A stretch of 32,000 nt of DNA. Origin: Planctomycetota bacterium. Lineage in GTDB: Bacteria; Planctomycetota; Planctomycetia; Pirellulales; Lacipirellulaceae. Below, one piece after another: positions 23,567-32,000 of this stretch. The position numbers and the translations under genes are program-made. How positions within the stretch are numbered: the first letter of the stretch is position 1; each line of letters starts with the position of its first letter. Below the pieces are notes generated by a model, which was not told the DNA's origin, ran no database searches, and worked only from the letters and a program-made list of their open reading frames with translations. The DNA lies in contig JAKOXH010000031.1 in NCBI GenBank assembly GCA_029781135.1, forward strand, positions 112,697-144,696, written 5' to 3'.

Positions 23567-26500
23567 TCAGGTTTCCGTCTTTGCAACCGGGCGGCCGTGT
23601 CCCCACCATTCGCTCACGCTTTGCGTAACCACGAAGAACGCCGGCACAAAAAACACGGCGAGAACCGTCGATGCCAACATGCCGCCGAACACCGCCGTTC
23701 CAATCGCTTGCTGGCCCGCGGCGCCCGCGCCATGCGCGAACATCAAAGGCATGACACCGAGAATAAACGCGAAGGACGTCATCAAAATCGGTCGGAAACG
23801 CAGCCGCGCGGCATGAGCGGCCGCCTCGCGAATCGACTCGCCGCGGGCTCGCAGATCGCGGGCGAACTCGACGATCAAAATCGAGTTCTTGCTGGCCAGT
23901 GCGATGATGAGCACGATGCCGATTTGCGTGAAGACATTGTTATCCTTGCCGCGGATCGCGACCGCCGCGACCGCACCCAACAAACCTAGCGGCACGACCA
24001 GGATCACCGCCCACGGCGTGAACCAGCTTTCGTATTGCGCCGCGAGAACCAAGTACACCAGCAGCACCGCCATCGCGAAAATCCACACCGCCTCACCGCC
24101 GACTCGCTTCTCCTGAAACGCCATGCCGGTCCATTCGAAGCCCATGCCTTCCGGCATATTGCGGGCTGCGATCTGTTCCATGAGATCGAGCGCTTCGCCC
24201 GTGCTCTTGCCCAGCGCCGGCTCGCCGGTAATCGTGGCCGAGGGATACATGTTGTAGCGATTGACGATCTGGGCGCCGAAGGACTTCCGAATGTTGGCCA
24301 ACGTGCCAAGCGGGACCATGTCCCCCTCGCGATTGCGCACTTCGAGCCGGCGGATGTCATTGGCTTCCGCCCGATATTTGGCCTCCGCCTGCACACGCAC
24401 TTGATAGACACGGCCAAACTTATTGAAGTCGTTGACATAGCTCGACCCCAGATAGGCCTGCATGGTCCCGAACACGTCGCTGAGCGGAATATCCATCAAC
24501 TTCACTTTTTCACGATCGATATCGACATACAGTTGCGGAACGCCCGGCCGGAAAGTCGAATTCATGGCCGCCAAGCCAGACTGACTGCGCGCATCCTCCA
24601 AGATTCCGCTGAGAACTTGGAAAAGAGTCGCACGCCCCAGGTCGGCCCGATCTTGCAGCTGCATTTCAAAACCGCCCCGCACGCCCAGGCCGCGAATCGC
24701 GGGCGGAGCGAAGGGCAACACCACCGATTCCTGAATCGTGCCGAACTTCATGCGCATGGTGTTTAGCAGCGTGTCCAGCGTTAGCCCCTTGTGCAGCCGT
24801 TCCTCCCACGGACTGAACGTAACGAACAGGGTTCCCGTGTTCGGCGCGGAACTAAAGTCGAGAATCGAGAGGCCGCCGATGGTGATCCAGGTTTCGATGC
24901 CGTCGGTGTTCTTGAGAATCTGATCGATCTTGGCCATGACGGCTTTCGATCGTTCTTGCGAAGCGGCATCCGGCAGTTGCACCAGCACAAAGCAGTAGCC
25001 TTGGTCTTCGGTGGGTAAAAAGCCTGTCGGCAGACTGCGATACCACCAGACCGTAAGCCCCATCAGCACCGCGAACAGCAACATCATCAGGCTGGGCACG
25101 CGCACGATCCCCCGCACGATCGCCGCGTAGGCCGACTCAAACCAGCCATACACGCGGTCGAAACTGCGCGTAAAAATGTTCTTCTTGCCGCTCGGCGGAC
25201 GGAGCCACAACGCACATTGGGCCGGCTTCAACGTAACGGCGTTGATCGCGCTAATGAACGCGGTGGCCGCAATCGTGAGCGCGAACTGCTGATAAAGCTG
25301 ACCCGTGATTCCCGCCAAAAATGCGCTGGGCAAGAACACGCTCATCAGCACCAGGGTGATGCCGATGATCGGCCCCAACACTTCGCTCATCGCTTGAATG
25401 GTCGCTGGTTTTGGCGCGAGGCCTTCTTCAATGTGATGCGTCGCGTTCTCGACGACCACGATGGCGTCATCCACGACGATGCCAATCGCCAGCACCAAGC
25501 CGAACAGCGTTAGCATGTTCACGCTAAAATTCAGTAGCCACATGGCGAAAAACGCGCCGATAATCGTGACCGGCACGGTCGTGGCCGGCACGAGCAAGGC
25601 CCGCCAATCTTGGAGAAACACGAGAATTACGAGCAGCACCAAAATGCCCGCTTCGATCAGTGTTTCATAAACGGCGTGAATCGACTCATCCACGAACTTG
25701 GTCGTATCGAGCGGAAATTCATATTTCATGCCGGCCGGAAACGATTTGCTCAGGCGCTGCATGGCCGTACGCACTTCGCGAGCGACTTCCAACGCATTGC
25801 TGCCCGGCAACTGATAAATGCCGATATTCGCCGTGGGCTGACCTTTGATCAGGTTGTACTGGTCGTAAGTCTGGGCGCCAAGTTCCACGCGCGCAACGTC
25901 CTTCAACCGCGTAATCCGCGTTCGATCGGTCGCCCGCACGATGATGTTCTCGAATTGCTTGACATCGCTCAAGCGGCCGAGCGTGTTGACCGTGTACTGA
26001 AAATCGAGGTGGTTGCCGCTGCCGATCGGCGGCTGACCAACTTGACCGGCCGCAACCTGTACGTTCTGCTCGCGCAAGGCATTGGCCACGTCTTCCGTCG
26101 TCAGGCCACGTGCTTTCAGCTTCTCGGCATCCAGCCAAATCCGCATGCTGTAGTTGGCCGTTCCGAATACAGTCACTTCGCCCACGCCGGGGAGGCGGCT
26201 CATTTCGTCGCGCAACGCCCGCGTCGCGTAATTGGCAAGAAAGAGGCTGTCGAACGTGTTATCGGGCGACGTCAGCGAAACGACCAAGATGATATTGGTC
26301 GATTGCTTCTTCACGGTCACACCCTGCCGGCGGACTTCTTCCGGCAACTGCGGTTGAGCAATGGCAACGCGGTTCTGCACGAGAACTTGAGCCGCATCCA
26401 AGTTCGTGCCAATTTCAAACGTAACCGTGAGTGCATAGCCGCCATCGCTCGACGACGTGGACGACATGTACAGCATGTTCTCCACACCGTTGACCTGGGT

Positions 26501-26701
26501 TTCGATGGGCGAAGCGACGGTCGCGGCGACAACGTCCGCATTGGCTCCCGGATAGTTGGTATTCACGCGAACTGTGGGCGGCGTGATTTGTGGATATTGT
26601 TCGACCGGCAAGCGCCACACGGAAATGGCGCCCAGCAAAATCGTCACTAGAGCGATGACGTTTGCAAAAATGGGCCGATCGATGAAAAACCGAGAAATCA
26701 T
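23567..26701 (-). CDS. RND efflux pump inner-membrane transporter (HAE1/AcrB-like)
   Basis: 1044 aa starting MISRFFIDRPIFANVIALVTILLGAISVWRLPVEQYPQITPPTV, with 12-TM AcrB architecture. Confidence 0.92.
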   Translation of the reverse strand: MISRFFIDRPIFANVIALVTILLGAISVWRLPVEQYPQITPPTVRVNTNYPGANADVVAATVASPIETQVNGVENMLYMSSTSSSDGGYALTVTFEIGTNLDAAQVLVQNRVAIAQPQLPEEVRRQGVTVKKQSTNIILVVSLTSPDNTFDSLFLANYATRALRDEMSRLPGVGEVTVFGTANYSMRIWLDAEKLKARGLTTEDVANALREQNVQVAAGQVGQPPIGSGNHLDFQYTVNTLGRLSDVKQFENIIVRATDRTRITRLKDVARVELGAQTYDQYNLIKGQPTANIGIYQLPGSNALEVAREVRTAMQRLSKSFPAGMKYEFPLDTTKFVDESIHAVYETLIEAGILVLLVILVFLQDWRALLVPATTVPVTIIGAFFAMWLLNFSVNMLTLFGLVLAIGIVVDDAIVVVENATHHIEEGLAPKPATIQAMSEVLGPIIGITLVLMSVFLPSAFLAGITGQLYQQFALTIAATAFISAINAVTLKPAQCALWLRPPSGKKNIFTRSFDRVYGWFESAYAAIVRGIVRVPSLMMLLFAVLMGLTVWWYRSLPTGFLPTEDQGYCFVLVQLPDAASQERSKAVMAKIDQILKNTDGIETWITIGGLSILDFSSAPNTGTLFVTFSPWEERLHKGLTLDTLLNTMRMKFGTIQESVVLPFAPPAIRGLGVRGGFEMQLQDRADLGRATLFQVLSGILEDARSQSGLAAMNSTFRPGVPQLYVDIDREKVKLMDIPLSDVFGTMQAYLGSSYVNDFNKFGRVYQVRVQAEAKYRAEANDIRRLEVRNREGDMVPLGTLANIRKSFGAQIVNRYNMYPSATITGEPALGKSTGEALDLMEQIAARNMPEGMGFEWTGMAFQEKRVGGEAVWIFAMAVLLVYLVLAAQYESWFTPWAVILVVPLGLLGAVAAVAIRGKDNNVFTQIGIVLIIALASKNSILIVEFARDLRARGESIREAAAHAARLRFRPILMTSFAFILGVMPLMFAHGAGAAGQQAIGTAVFGGMLASTVLAVFFVPAFFVVTQSVSEWWGHGRPVAKTET

Positions 26702-26733
26702 AGCCGCTCAAACGCAATGCGATGCAAATTCAA

Positions 26734-28107
26734 CTATTTTGGGGGGCCAGAAGCAGCGGGTGGTTTGGGTTGCGTGGTTTCGGCAACTGGTGGTTTCGCG
26801 CCAGTGGATTCGCTCATCTTCGGATTTGCGGCGTTCGCTGCCGCCGCGGACGGCGACGTCTCCGCCGCTTGCGACTTAGGAGCGGCTGCCGACGACGGTG
26901 CCGCCTCCGCTTTGGCCGGCGTGGGGGTTAGTGTGGGATCCGAAGGCGGAGTCGCAGCCCCCTTATCGGCCACCGCCGTCGCCGCCGGCTTTGCCTGTTC
27001 CGGAGTTACCGGCGTGCCCGGTCGCGCACGCTGCAAACCATTGACGACAACTTGATCCGTCGCTTGGATCCCGCTTTCCACAACACGCAAATCGTTCACG
27101 TGGATGCCGAGTTGCACGGGCCGATACTCAACCACTTTCTTCTCATTGACAACCAGCAGATAGTCGCCGCGTTGGTCGGAGCCGATGGCGCGCTCTTCGA
27201 CGAGCAGCCGCGGTTTCGGATCGCCGATCGACGCTTGAATTCGCACGAACATGCCGGGTATTAACTGCCAGCCGGGATTTGGGAAAATGCCGCGGCGCTT
27301 CGAGGTGCCGGTTGCCGTGTCGACACCCAGTTCGCGAAAATCGACGTGCCCTTCGTGCGGGAAGCCTTGTTCATTGGCCAATCCCAAATGGAGCAGCGGC
27401 GGATTCTTTTCGGGGTCGGGCAGCTCGTGGTTGCGCAGCATCGCCATGAAACGCAACAAATCGTTCTCGCTCACGTCGAAATAGGCGTAAATCGGATCGA
27501 TCGCTTGAATTACCGCCAGTTGAGTCGTTCCCGATTGCACGAGGTTCCCGATATCGACCATGTGCCGACCGATGCGGCCGGAAATCGGCGCCGTGATCTG
27601 GGTGTATTTCAAATCCAATTCCGCTTTGCGGATCGCGGCCTGGGCTGCCGAAACATCGGCCTTCGAAGTCGCCACTTGAGCCGCCTGGACATCAAGCTCT
27701 TCTTGCGTCACGACGCTGTTGCGTAACAGCGGTTCCATTCGGCGATACTGGCTTTGCGCAAGTGCGAGCGACGCCGTCGCCTTTTGCTCGGCTGCACGGG
27801 CCGCATCCAGCACCGATTGGTACGGCGCTTGTTCGATGAGAAACAATGGATCGCCCGCTTTAACGATCGAGCCATCTTCAAATTGAATCTTCTCCAGATA
27901 GCCGTTCACCCGAGCCCGTAAATCGACGATTTGCGTCGGCTGCGTGGTGCCGACGAATTCGATCGTATCGGCAACGGCCCGCTCGACTGGGTGGGCCACG
28001 GTCACCGTCGGCGGCGGAGGAGCGACGAATTTATTCGCCTGCCGACAACCGGCAATCCCTAAGAAGACAAACAGCCATAACACGCGGAATCGGATCAATT
28101 CACTCAT
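26734..28107 (-). CDS. RND efflux periplasmic adaptor (membrane fusion protein) lipoprotein with Ala/Pro-rich C-terminal tail
   Basis: Lipobox LGIAGC, HlyD/AcrA-like coiled-coil and barrel regions, and a roughly 100-aa low-complexity tail. Ends 32 nt upstream of the pump gene. Confidence 0.88.
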   Translation of the reverse strand: MSELIRFRVLWLFVFLGIAGCRQANKFVAPPPPTVTVAHPVERAVADTIEFVGTTQPTQIVDLRARVNGYLEKIQFEDGSIVKAGDPLFLIEQAPYQSVLDAARAAEQKATASLALAQSQYRRMEPLLRNSVVTQEELDVQAAQVATSKADVSAAQAAIRKAELDLKYTQITAPISGRIGRHMVDIGNLVQSGTTQLAVIQAIDPIYAYFDVSENDLLRFMAMLRNHELPDPEKNPPLLHLGLANEQGFPHEGHVDFRELGVDTATGTSKRRGIFPNPGWQLIPGMFVRIQASIGDPKPRLLVEERAIGSDQRGDYLLVVNEKKVVEYRPVQLGIHVNDLRVVESGIQATDQVVVNGLQRARPGTPVTPEQAKPAATAVADKGAATPPSDPTLTPTPAKAEAAPSSAAAPKSQAAETSPSAAAANAANPKMSESTGAKPPVAETTQPKPPAASGPPK

Positions 28108-28364
28108 GCGAAACTTTCAAGATGCCGCGCGGGCCGCTCAAAAATCAAGGATGGAACGACCCCATGGCGGCGGCACTTTCGGCGGGATAACCGGCTAGGA
28201 AGGAATTGTTCCGCGTAACGTCCCAAGGGGCTAGGTGGGGAATCCCGCGTCGCGCAGCGGAATTTCATGTATTTTGGTTCACGGCTGTGCCGCCTACCTC
28301 TTCACAAACTTAGTTCCTATTATGCCTGGCGACGAAGCAGTTTTTTAGGCCTTTTCTTGCAAAA

Positions 28365-28394
28365 TTGACGACGCACAATTGTCGCCGTAAGCTG
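28365..28394 (+). promoter_or_regulatory. Candidate promoter (TTGACG-18 nt-TAAGCT) with an imperfect palindrome in the spacer
   Basis: TTGACG at 28365-28370, palindrome cgacgcACAATTGTcgccg at 28369-28387, TAAGCT at 28389-28394. AAGAGGA lies 7 nt before ATG 28469. Confidence 0.3.
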
Positions 28395-28468
28395 AATCGT
28401 CATCGGTAGTTCCGTTAGACACTCCAAAAATTGGCGAGACCGACCGATTCAACAAAGAGGATTGTGCA

Positions 28469-29815
28469 ATGTCGATGCGGCTCAGGGAAAATCGGGGGGT
28501 TCACCGAATTCTAGTTACCGTCGTGGTCTTGGCTTCGGCCGCGATCTCGAGTTCGCCTGTTTTCGCGCAAGGTTTCGGAGCCATCCAAGCCGTGAGACAA
28601 CGCGCCTCCGGACTTCAAGATGCCGGCGGTGGACCAGGTCCCGGCCCGCCGAGACCCGCGGAGGCACCGCCGGGGCCAGGTTCCAGAGGCGGGGAGCAGC
28701 CAGCGTCGCCCGGCACCGCGGCGAAATTGGATCTCACTTTTGTTTCACCATCGGCCCTGCTCGTGGCGGTGATTCGGCCAGCACAGATCATGGCAGCGCC
28801 CGTCGTTCAACTCTTGCCGACGGAGGTCGCATCGGCGGCCAGCCGCGAATGGCTGGGTGTTGAGCCTTCCGAAATCGACGAGGTCGTCGCATTTATCGAA
28901 TTTGGCAATCCCACCCAACCCATGCTGGGGTTCACCTACGGTTTGACGTTCAGGTTCAAGTCGCAATTTCGTGCCGCCTCGATTCCAGAAAAAGTCCGCC
29001 CGATGGTGCAGTTGGCGGAACTGAATAGCAAGAAATACTTGAAGAGCGCGCATCCGCTGTTCCCCAGCTTTTACGGCCCGAACAACAAAACGCTCGTCGC
29101 GGCGCCCGATGCGATGATTCGCAAGATCGTCGAGGCCAGCACGCTGCCGAAAACGGGGCCGCTCATGGAGAAGGCCCAGCAGGCGTCGGCGGGCAGCGAT
29201 CTTTACTTGGCAATTGACGGCGCGCGAGCTCGTGGCCTCCTCCCCATCGTTTTGGGAATGGGCGGCGTGCAGATACCCGAGCAAGCCAAGCCACTCATCG
29301 AGACAATCATCGCGGCGGAGCTGACATTGAATCTCGTGTCACGCGGGCCGATCAGCCTGGTGGTCCATTGCAACGACGAAGCGGCCGCCCAGCAGATTGA
29401 AACCGTACTCGCGGAGCAACGGCAAAAGATGATGGCGGCTCCCGAGACGCCGCCCGCGGTCAGTGAACAGCCGACCCCAGGTCCGGCGCCAGCGCCATCA
29501 CCTGCGGGCGGTAAGTATGCTCAAGAAATGCAGCAGTTCAAAGATCGGCTGAATCAGCGATTTCAGCCGCAGCGCGCCGGCGCCAGCATTACGCTCTTTC
29601 AAATCGCGGCCGATGATCCTTTGCAGCAGCAACTCTTTGGAATCGTCGTTGGTGCGGCAGCCACGGCAGCGTCGATGAAATCGCCAATGCCGGCAAAAGC
29701 AGGACCGCCCTCGCCCGGAACAGCACCGGCGCCGCCCGAGAACGGCGTACCGACATTTACGCCGCCGGCCGCGCCAACCGAGAGCGCCTCCCCGCCACCA
29801 GCGCCGAACAAGTAA
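28469..29815 (+). CDS. Secreted hypothetical protein with Pro/Gly-rich N- and C-terminal regions
   Basis: 448 aa. Good SD and signal peptide HRILVTVVVLASAAISSSPVFAQ. I recognise no domain. Confidence 0.65.
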   Translation: MSMRLRENRGVHRILVTVVVLASAAISSSPVFAQGFGAIQAVRQRASGLQDAGGGPGPGPPRPAEAPPGPGSRGGEQPASPGTAAKLDLTFVSPSALLVAVIRPAQIMAAPVVQLLPTEVASAASREWLGVEPSEIDEVVAFIEFGNPTQPMLGFTYGLTFRFKSQFRAASIPEKVRPMVQLAELNSKKYLKSAHPLFPSFYGPNNKTLVAAPDAMIRKIVEASTLPKTGPLMEKAQQASAGSDLYLAIDGARARGLLPIVLGMGGVQIPEQAKPLIETIIAAELTLNLVSRGPISLVVHCNDEAAAQQIETVLAEQRQKMMAAPETPPAVSEQPTPGPAPAPSPAGGKYAQEMQQFKDRLNQRFQPQRAGASITLFQIAADDPLQQQLFGIVVGAAATAASMKSPMPAKAGPPSPGTAPAPPENGVPTFTPPAAPTESASPPPAPNK

Positions 29816-31637
29816 GCACTTCCAAAGCCAATATCGCGTCCGATGGCTCCGGCACATTCGCGCTTCCCAGGGCTGCTCCACCGCCGATCGCCGTATTGCC
29901 GAAGTGCGTTCGCCACACCTCAAGGTCAGCGGCGTCAATGAGCCCGTCGCCGTTGCCGTCGGCCCCGCTGTAGGCAATGACCGCTGCGCCGATGCTGCTG
30001 TGCCACACCACGTAGTCCGCGGCGTCGACGACGAAATCGCCGTTGTAATCGCCGGCCAGATAGGTCATTCCCGCGAGATTCAAAGTAATCGATTTGCTGA
30101 GCGCCCCGGCGATGTTCTCGTCCGAGAAATTCAAGACGTAACTGGCTGAATACGATCCAACCGTTGAGGCCAATAACGCAGCAGAGAACGTGTTGCTCGC
30201 GCCGCCCGCGAGGACGAGCGAGCCGGCCGATGCGGCTAAGTCGGTAGTGAACGCCGGCGCATCGCCCGAAGGCGTGACACTATCGAAATCCATATTCGCC
30301 GTGTAGCCCGCCGTGGCCAGTAAGTTGCTGATATCGAAATTAAACGGGGATACAGGATCACCAATCGCGACATGGCCGAAGTCATGACTTAGCGTGTTCA
30401 CATTCGAGCCCGCTGCAAACGACGGAGTCGCGTGGTCGAGCACGGTCAGGCTGATATTGAATGTGTCGTTGGCGTCGTTGCCGCCATGGCCGGCACCGCC
30501 CTGCGTGGTGATGTCCAGGTTATCAATGGTAACCGTGCCGCTCTTCAAACCTGCCGCTGATGTCGTAGTGCTCAACCCTACGGTAATCGACTTACTGTCG
30601 GTTTGGCTGGAGCGCATCGCGTTGTAGTGCCCCGAGAGCGAACTCGTGGCGGCGCCGCTGGTCGTCACTTGAAAATACGTCCCATTCGTGCCTGTCTTAT
30701 TCAACGTAAACGCCGGCAACGCCGGCACGGCGGCATCCACCAACACGCGTCCCAGGTCGACATTTCGACTTGAACTGCCATCCGAATTGACCGTGACGCC
30801 CGCGATCGATACTTGGCTGTTATTTGCCTGATTCACGAAAATCGACCAGGCGTATTCGGGATGATCCGTAAACGGATTGCGATTGTGCTGGAACTGATCG
30901 TAGATGATCTGGTTGCGGCGACGCTCAAACGTGTCGGGCGGGGCGGCGTAATTCCACTCGATGAGACGATTCAAATTTCCCAACTGGGGTGGCGGATCCG
31001 TATCACCCGTGGGATTGGCAACGTCACCCGCCGCTAGTTCAAGGTCTAAAGTGCTCGCATCCGCGCCATCGTAGCGCACGGCCATATAAAACTCTTGACG
31101 AGCAATCATGCCCGCGTCGGCATCCCCGGGATACCAGTAGGTTGCTCCGGCATCGACCACTGTCCCAAACGGCTGCGCGCCAAACGCGCCGCCGAAGTTG
31201 AGCGAACCGCGATCACCGTTATTCGCGTTGATTGCTGGCCGCAACTCGAACATGTCGCTGTCGTCCATGCCGCTGGAACCGACGCCGCGGCTGCGCGGCC
31301 AGGTATGTTCGCGGTTCCACACCGTGCCATCCCAGCCTGGGATGCCGCTCGCATTGAGGCCAGTCACATCCAGTGAGGTGCGATCATAGACGGTGATGAT
31401 ATGTCCGGGATGCGCCGTATCCGCATCGGAAATCTGCAGATTCGACCGAGCGGCATCGTACGACAATACCGTGTGGTTATCGATGATGTCGTTGAGCTGC
31501 TGTTTCAGCGTACTACCAGTTCCAGTTGCGGTGTTGTAGTAGCCGGCGGGTGGATCGTACGCGTCGGCTACCGCGCGACCCGCTGAAAACAAAATGGCTG
31601 ACCAACCGATCCAAGAAATCAGACGAACCCGTATCAC
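29757..31637 (-). CDS. Extracellular endonuclease I family nuclease with beta-rich middle region, dockerin-like module and PEP-CTERM anchor
   Basis: Signal peptide, then YYNTATG..G..LKQQLNDII and WNREHTWPRSRG...DMFELRPAINANNGDRGSLNFG (Endonuclease_1-type motifs). Also GDYNGDFVVDAADYVVW...DGNGDGLIDAADLEVWRTHFGN and VPEPSDAILALEVLTCSALVAGRRSR. Confidence 0.8.
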   Translation of the reverse strand: MIRVRLISWIGWSAILFSAGRAVADAYDPPAGYYNTATGTGSTLKQQLNDIIDNHTVLSYDAARSNLQISDADTAHPGHIITVYDRTSLDVTGLNASGIPGWDGTVWNREHTWPRSRGVGSSGMDDSDMFELRPAINANNGDRGSLNFGGAFGAQPFGTVVDAGATYWYPGDADAGMIARQEFYMAVRYDGADASTLDLELAAGDVANPTGDTDPPPQLGNLNRLIEWNYAAPPDTFERRRNQIIYDQFQHNRNPFTDHPEYAWSIFVNQANNSQVSIAGVTVNSDGSSSRNVDLGRVLVDAAVPALPAFTLNKTGTNGTYFQVTTSGAATSSLSGHYNAMRSSQTDSKSITVGLSTTTSAAGLKSGTVTIDNLDITTQGGAGHGGNDANDTFNISLTVLDHATPSFAAGSNVNTLSHDFGHVAIGDPVSPFNFDISNLLATAGYTANMDFDSVTPSGDAPAFTTDLAASAGSLVLAGGASNTFSAALLASTVGSYSASYVLNFSDENIAGALSKSITLNLAGMTYLAGDYNGDFVVDAADYVVWHSSIGAAVIAYSGADGNGDGLIDAADLEVWRTHFGNTAIGGGAALGSANVPEPSDAILALEVLTCSALVAGRRSRLARPAA

Positions 31638-31888
31638 TTCTAAATGCCTCTACCTTTCCTCAGAGCCAAAGCAGCGGCGCGACCCGGGCCGGTATTCAGT
31701 ATCGCGGCACATCTTCCGTCGCCAAATTCTTAGAATAGCTGCTGGACGGAGATTCGACGAGGAATTGTCCGCGAAATTGAACCGCATGGCGGGCCGTCGG
31801 AATACCGCACCCTTGCAGACGGGCAGAACGCTGCCGATAATCGCCCCGTCTTTGCTTCTGATATTTCGCCCCCAGATTGGTTGGATCC

Positions 31889-32000
31889 ATGCCGCTGCTC
31901 GTTGTTGGATCGGTCGCGATTGATAACGTCGAAACCCCGCAGGATCGTCGGGATAACTTGCTCGGCGGCTCGGCCACGCACTTTTCCTACGCCGCCAGCT
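31889..32000 (+). CDS. PfkB/ribokinase-family sugar kinase, N-terminal fragment (continues beyond the window)
   Basis: MPLLVVGSVAIDNVETPQDRRDNLLGGSATHFSYAAS, an N-terminal pattern typical of PfkB kinases. Confidence 0.6.
   Translation, partial: MPLLVVGSVAIDNVETPQDRRDNLLGGSATHFSYAAS

Noticed and set aside
25610-26650. 346-aa + strand ORF
   Set aside because: It is antisense to the RND pump gene and has no recognisable motifs.

Overview
GC-rich bacterial chromosomal window with about 20 genes and no rRNA, tRNA, CRISPR array, transposase or integrase that I could recognise. Several protein features suggest Planctomycetota, possibly Pirellulales-like, but this is inference only. These are PEP-CTERM anchors preceded by dockerin-like GDYNNNGVVDAADYVLWR modules, a DUF1080 protein, a Tat-signal Gfo/Idh/MocA oxidoreductase, and dense small palindromic intergenic repeats. 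Gene order: cls (partial, -), queD, Gfo/Idh/MocA oxidoreductase, DUF1080 protein, S10 carboxypeptidase, small protein + HNH endonuclease, glnS, two or three paralogous repeat-rich dockerin/PEP-CTERM surface proteins, ICMT-family methyltransferase (-), hepT/mntA toxin-antitoxin pair (-), large multidomain ABC exporter (-), CE4 deacetylase, motB and motA (-), RND pump and adaptor (-), orphan secreted protein, dockerin/PEP-CTERM-anchored endonuclease I (-), pfkB-type kinase (partial). Four observations stand out. (1) A family of hairpin elements has arms built from tandem 7-8 nt units, always with the G-rich arm 5' and the C-rich arm 3'. There are six loci; four sit in frame inside glnS (2) and the ABC exporter (2). 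(2) Cargo genes lie downstream of housekeeping genes and are bracketed by extra copies of that gene's 3' end. There are three copies of the glnS tail and two of the ABC tail, and the substitution pattern is mostly synonymous. (3) The mntA antitoxin carries a 1-nt frameshift next to an intact hepT toxin. (4) Junctions between adjacent surface-protein genes lack stop codons.
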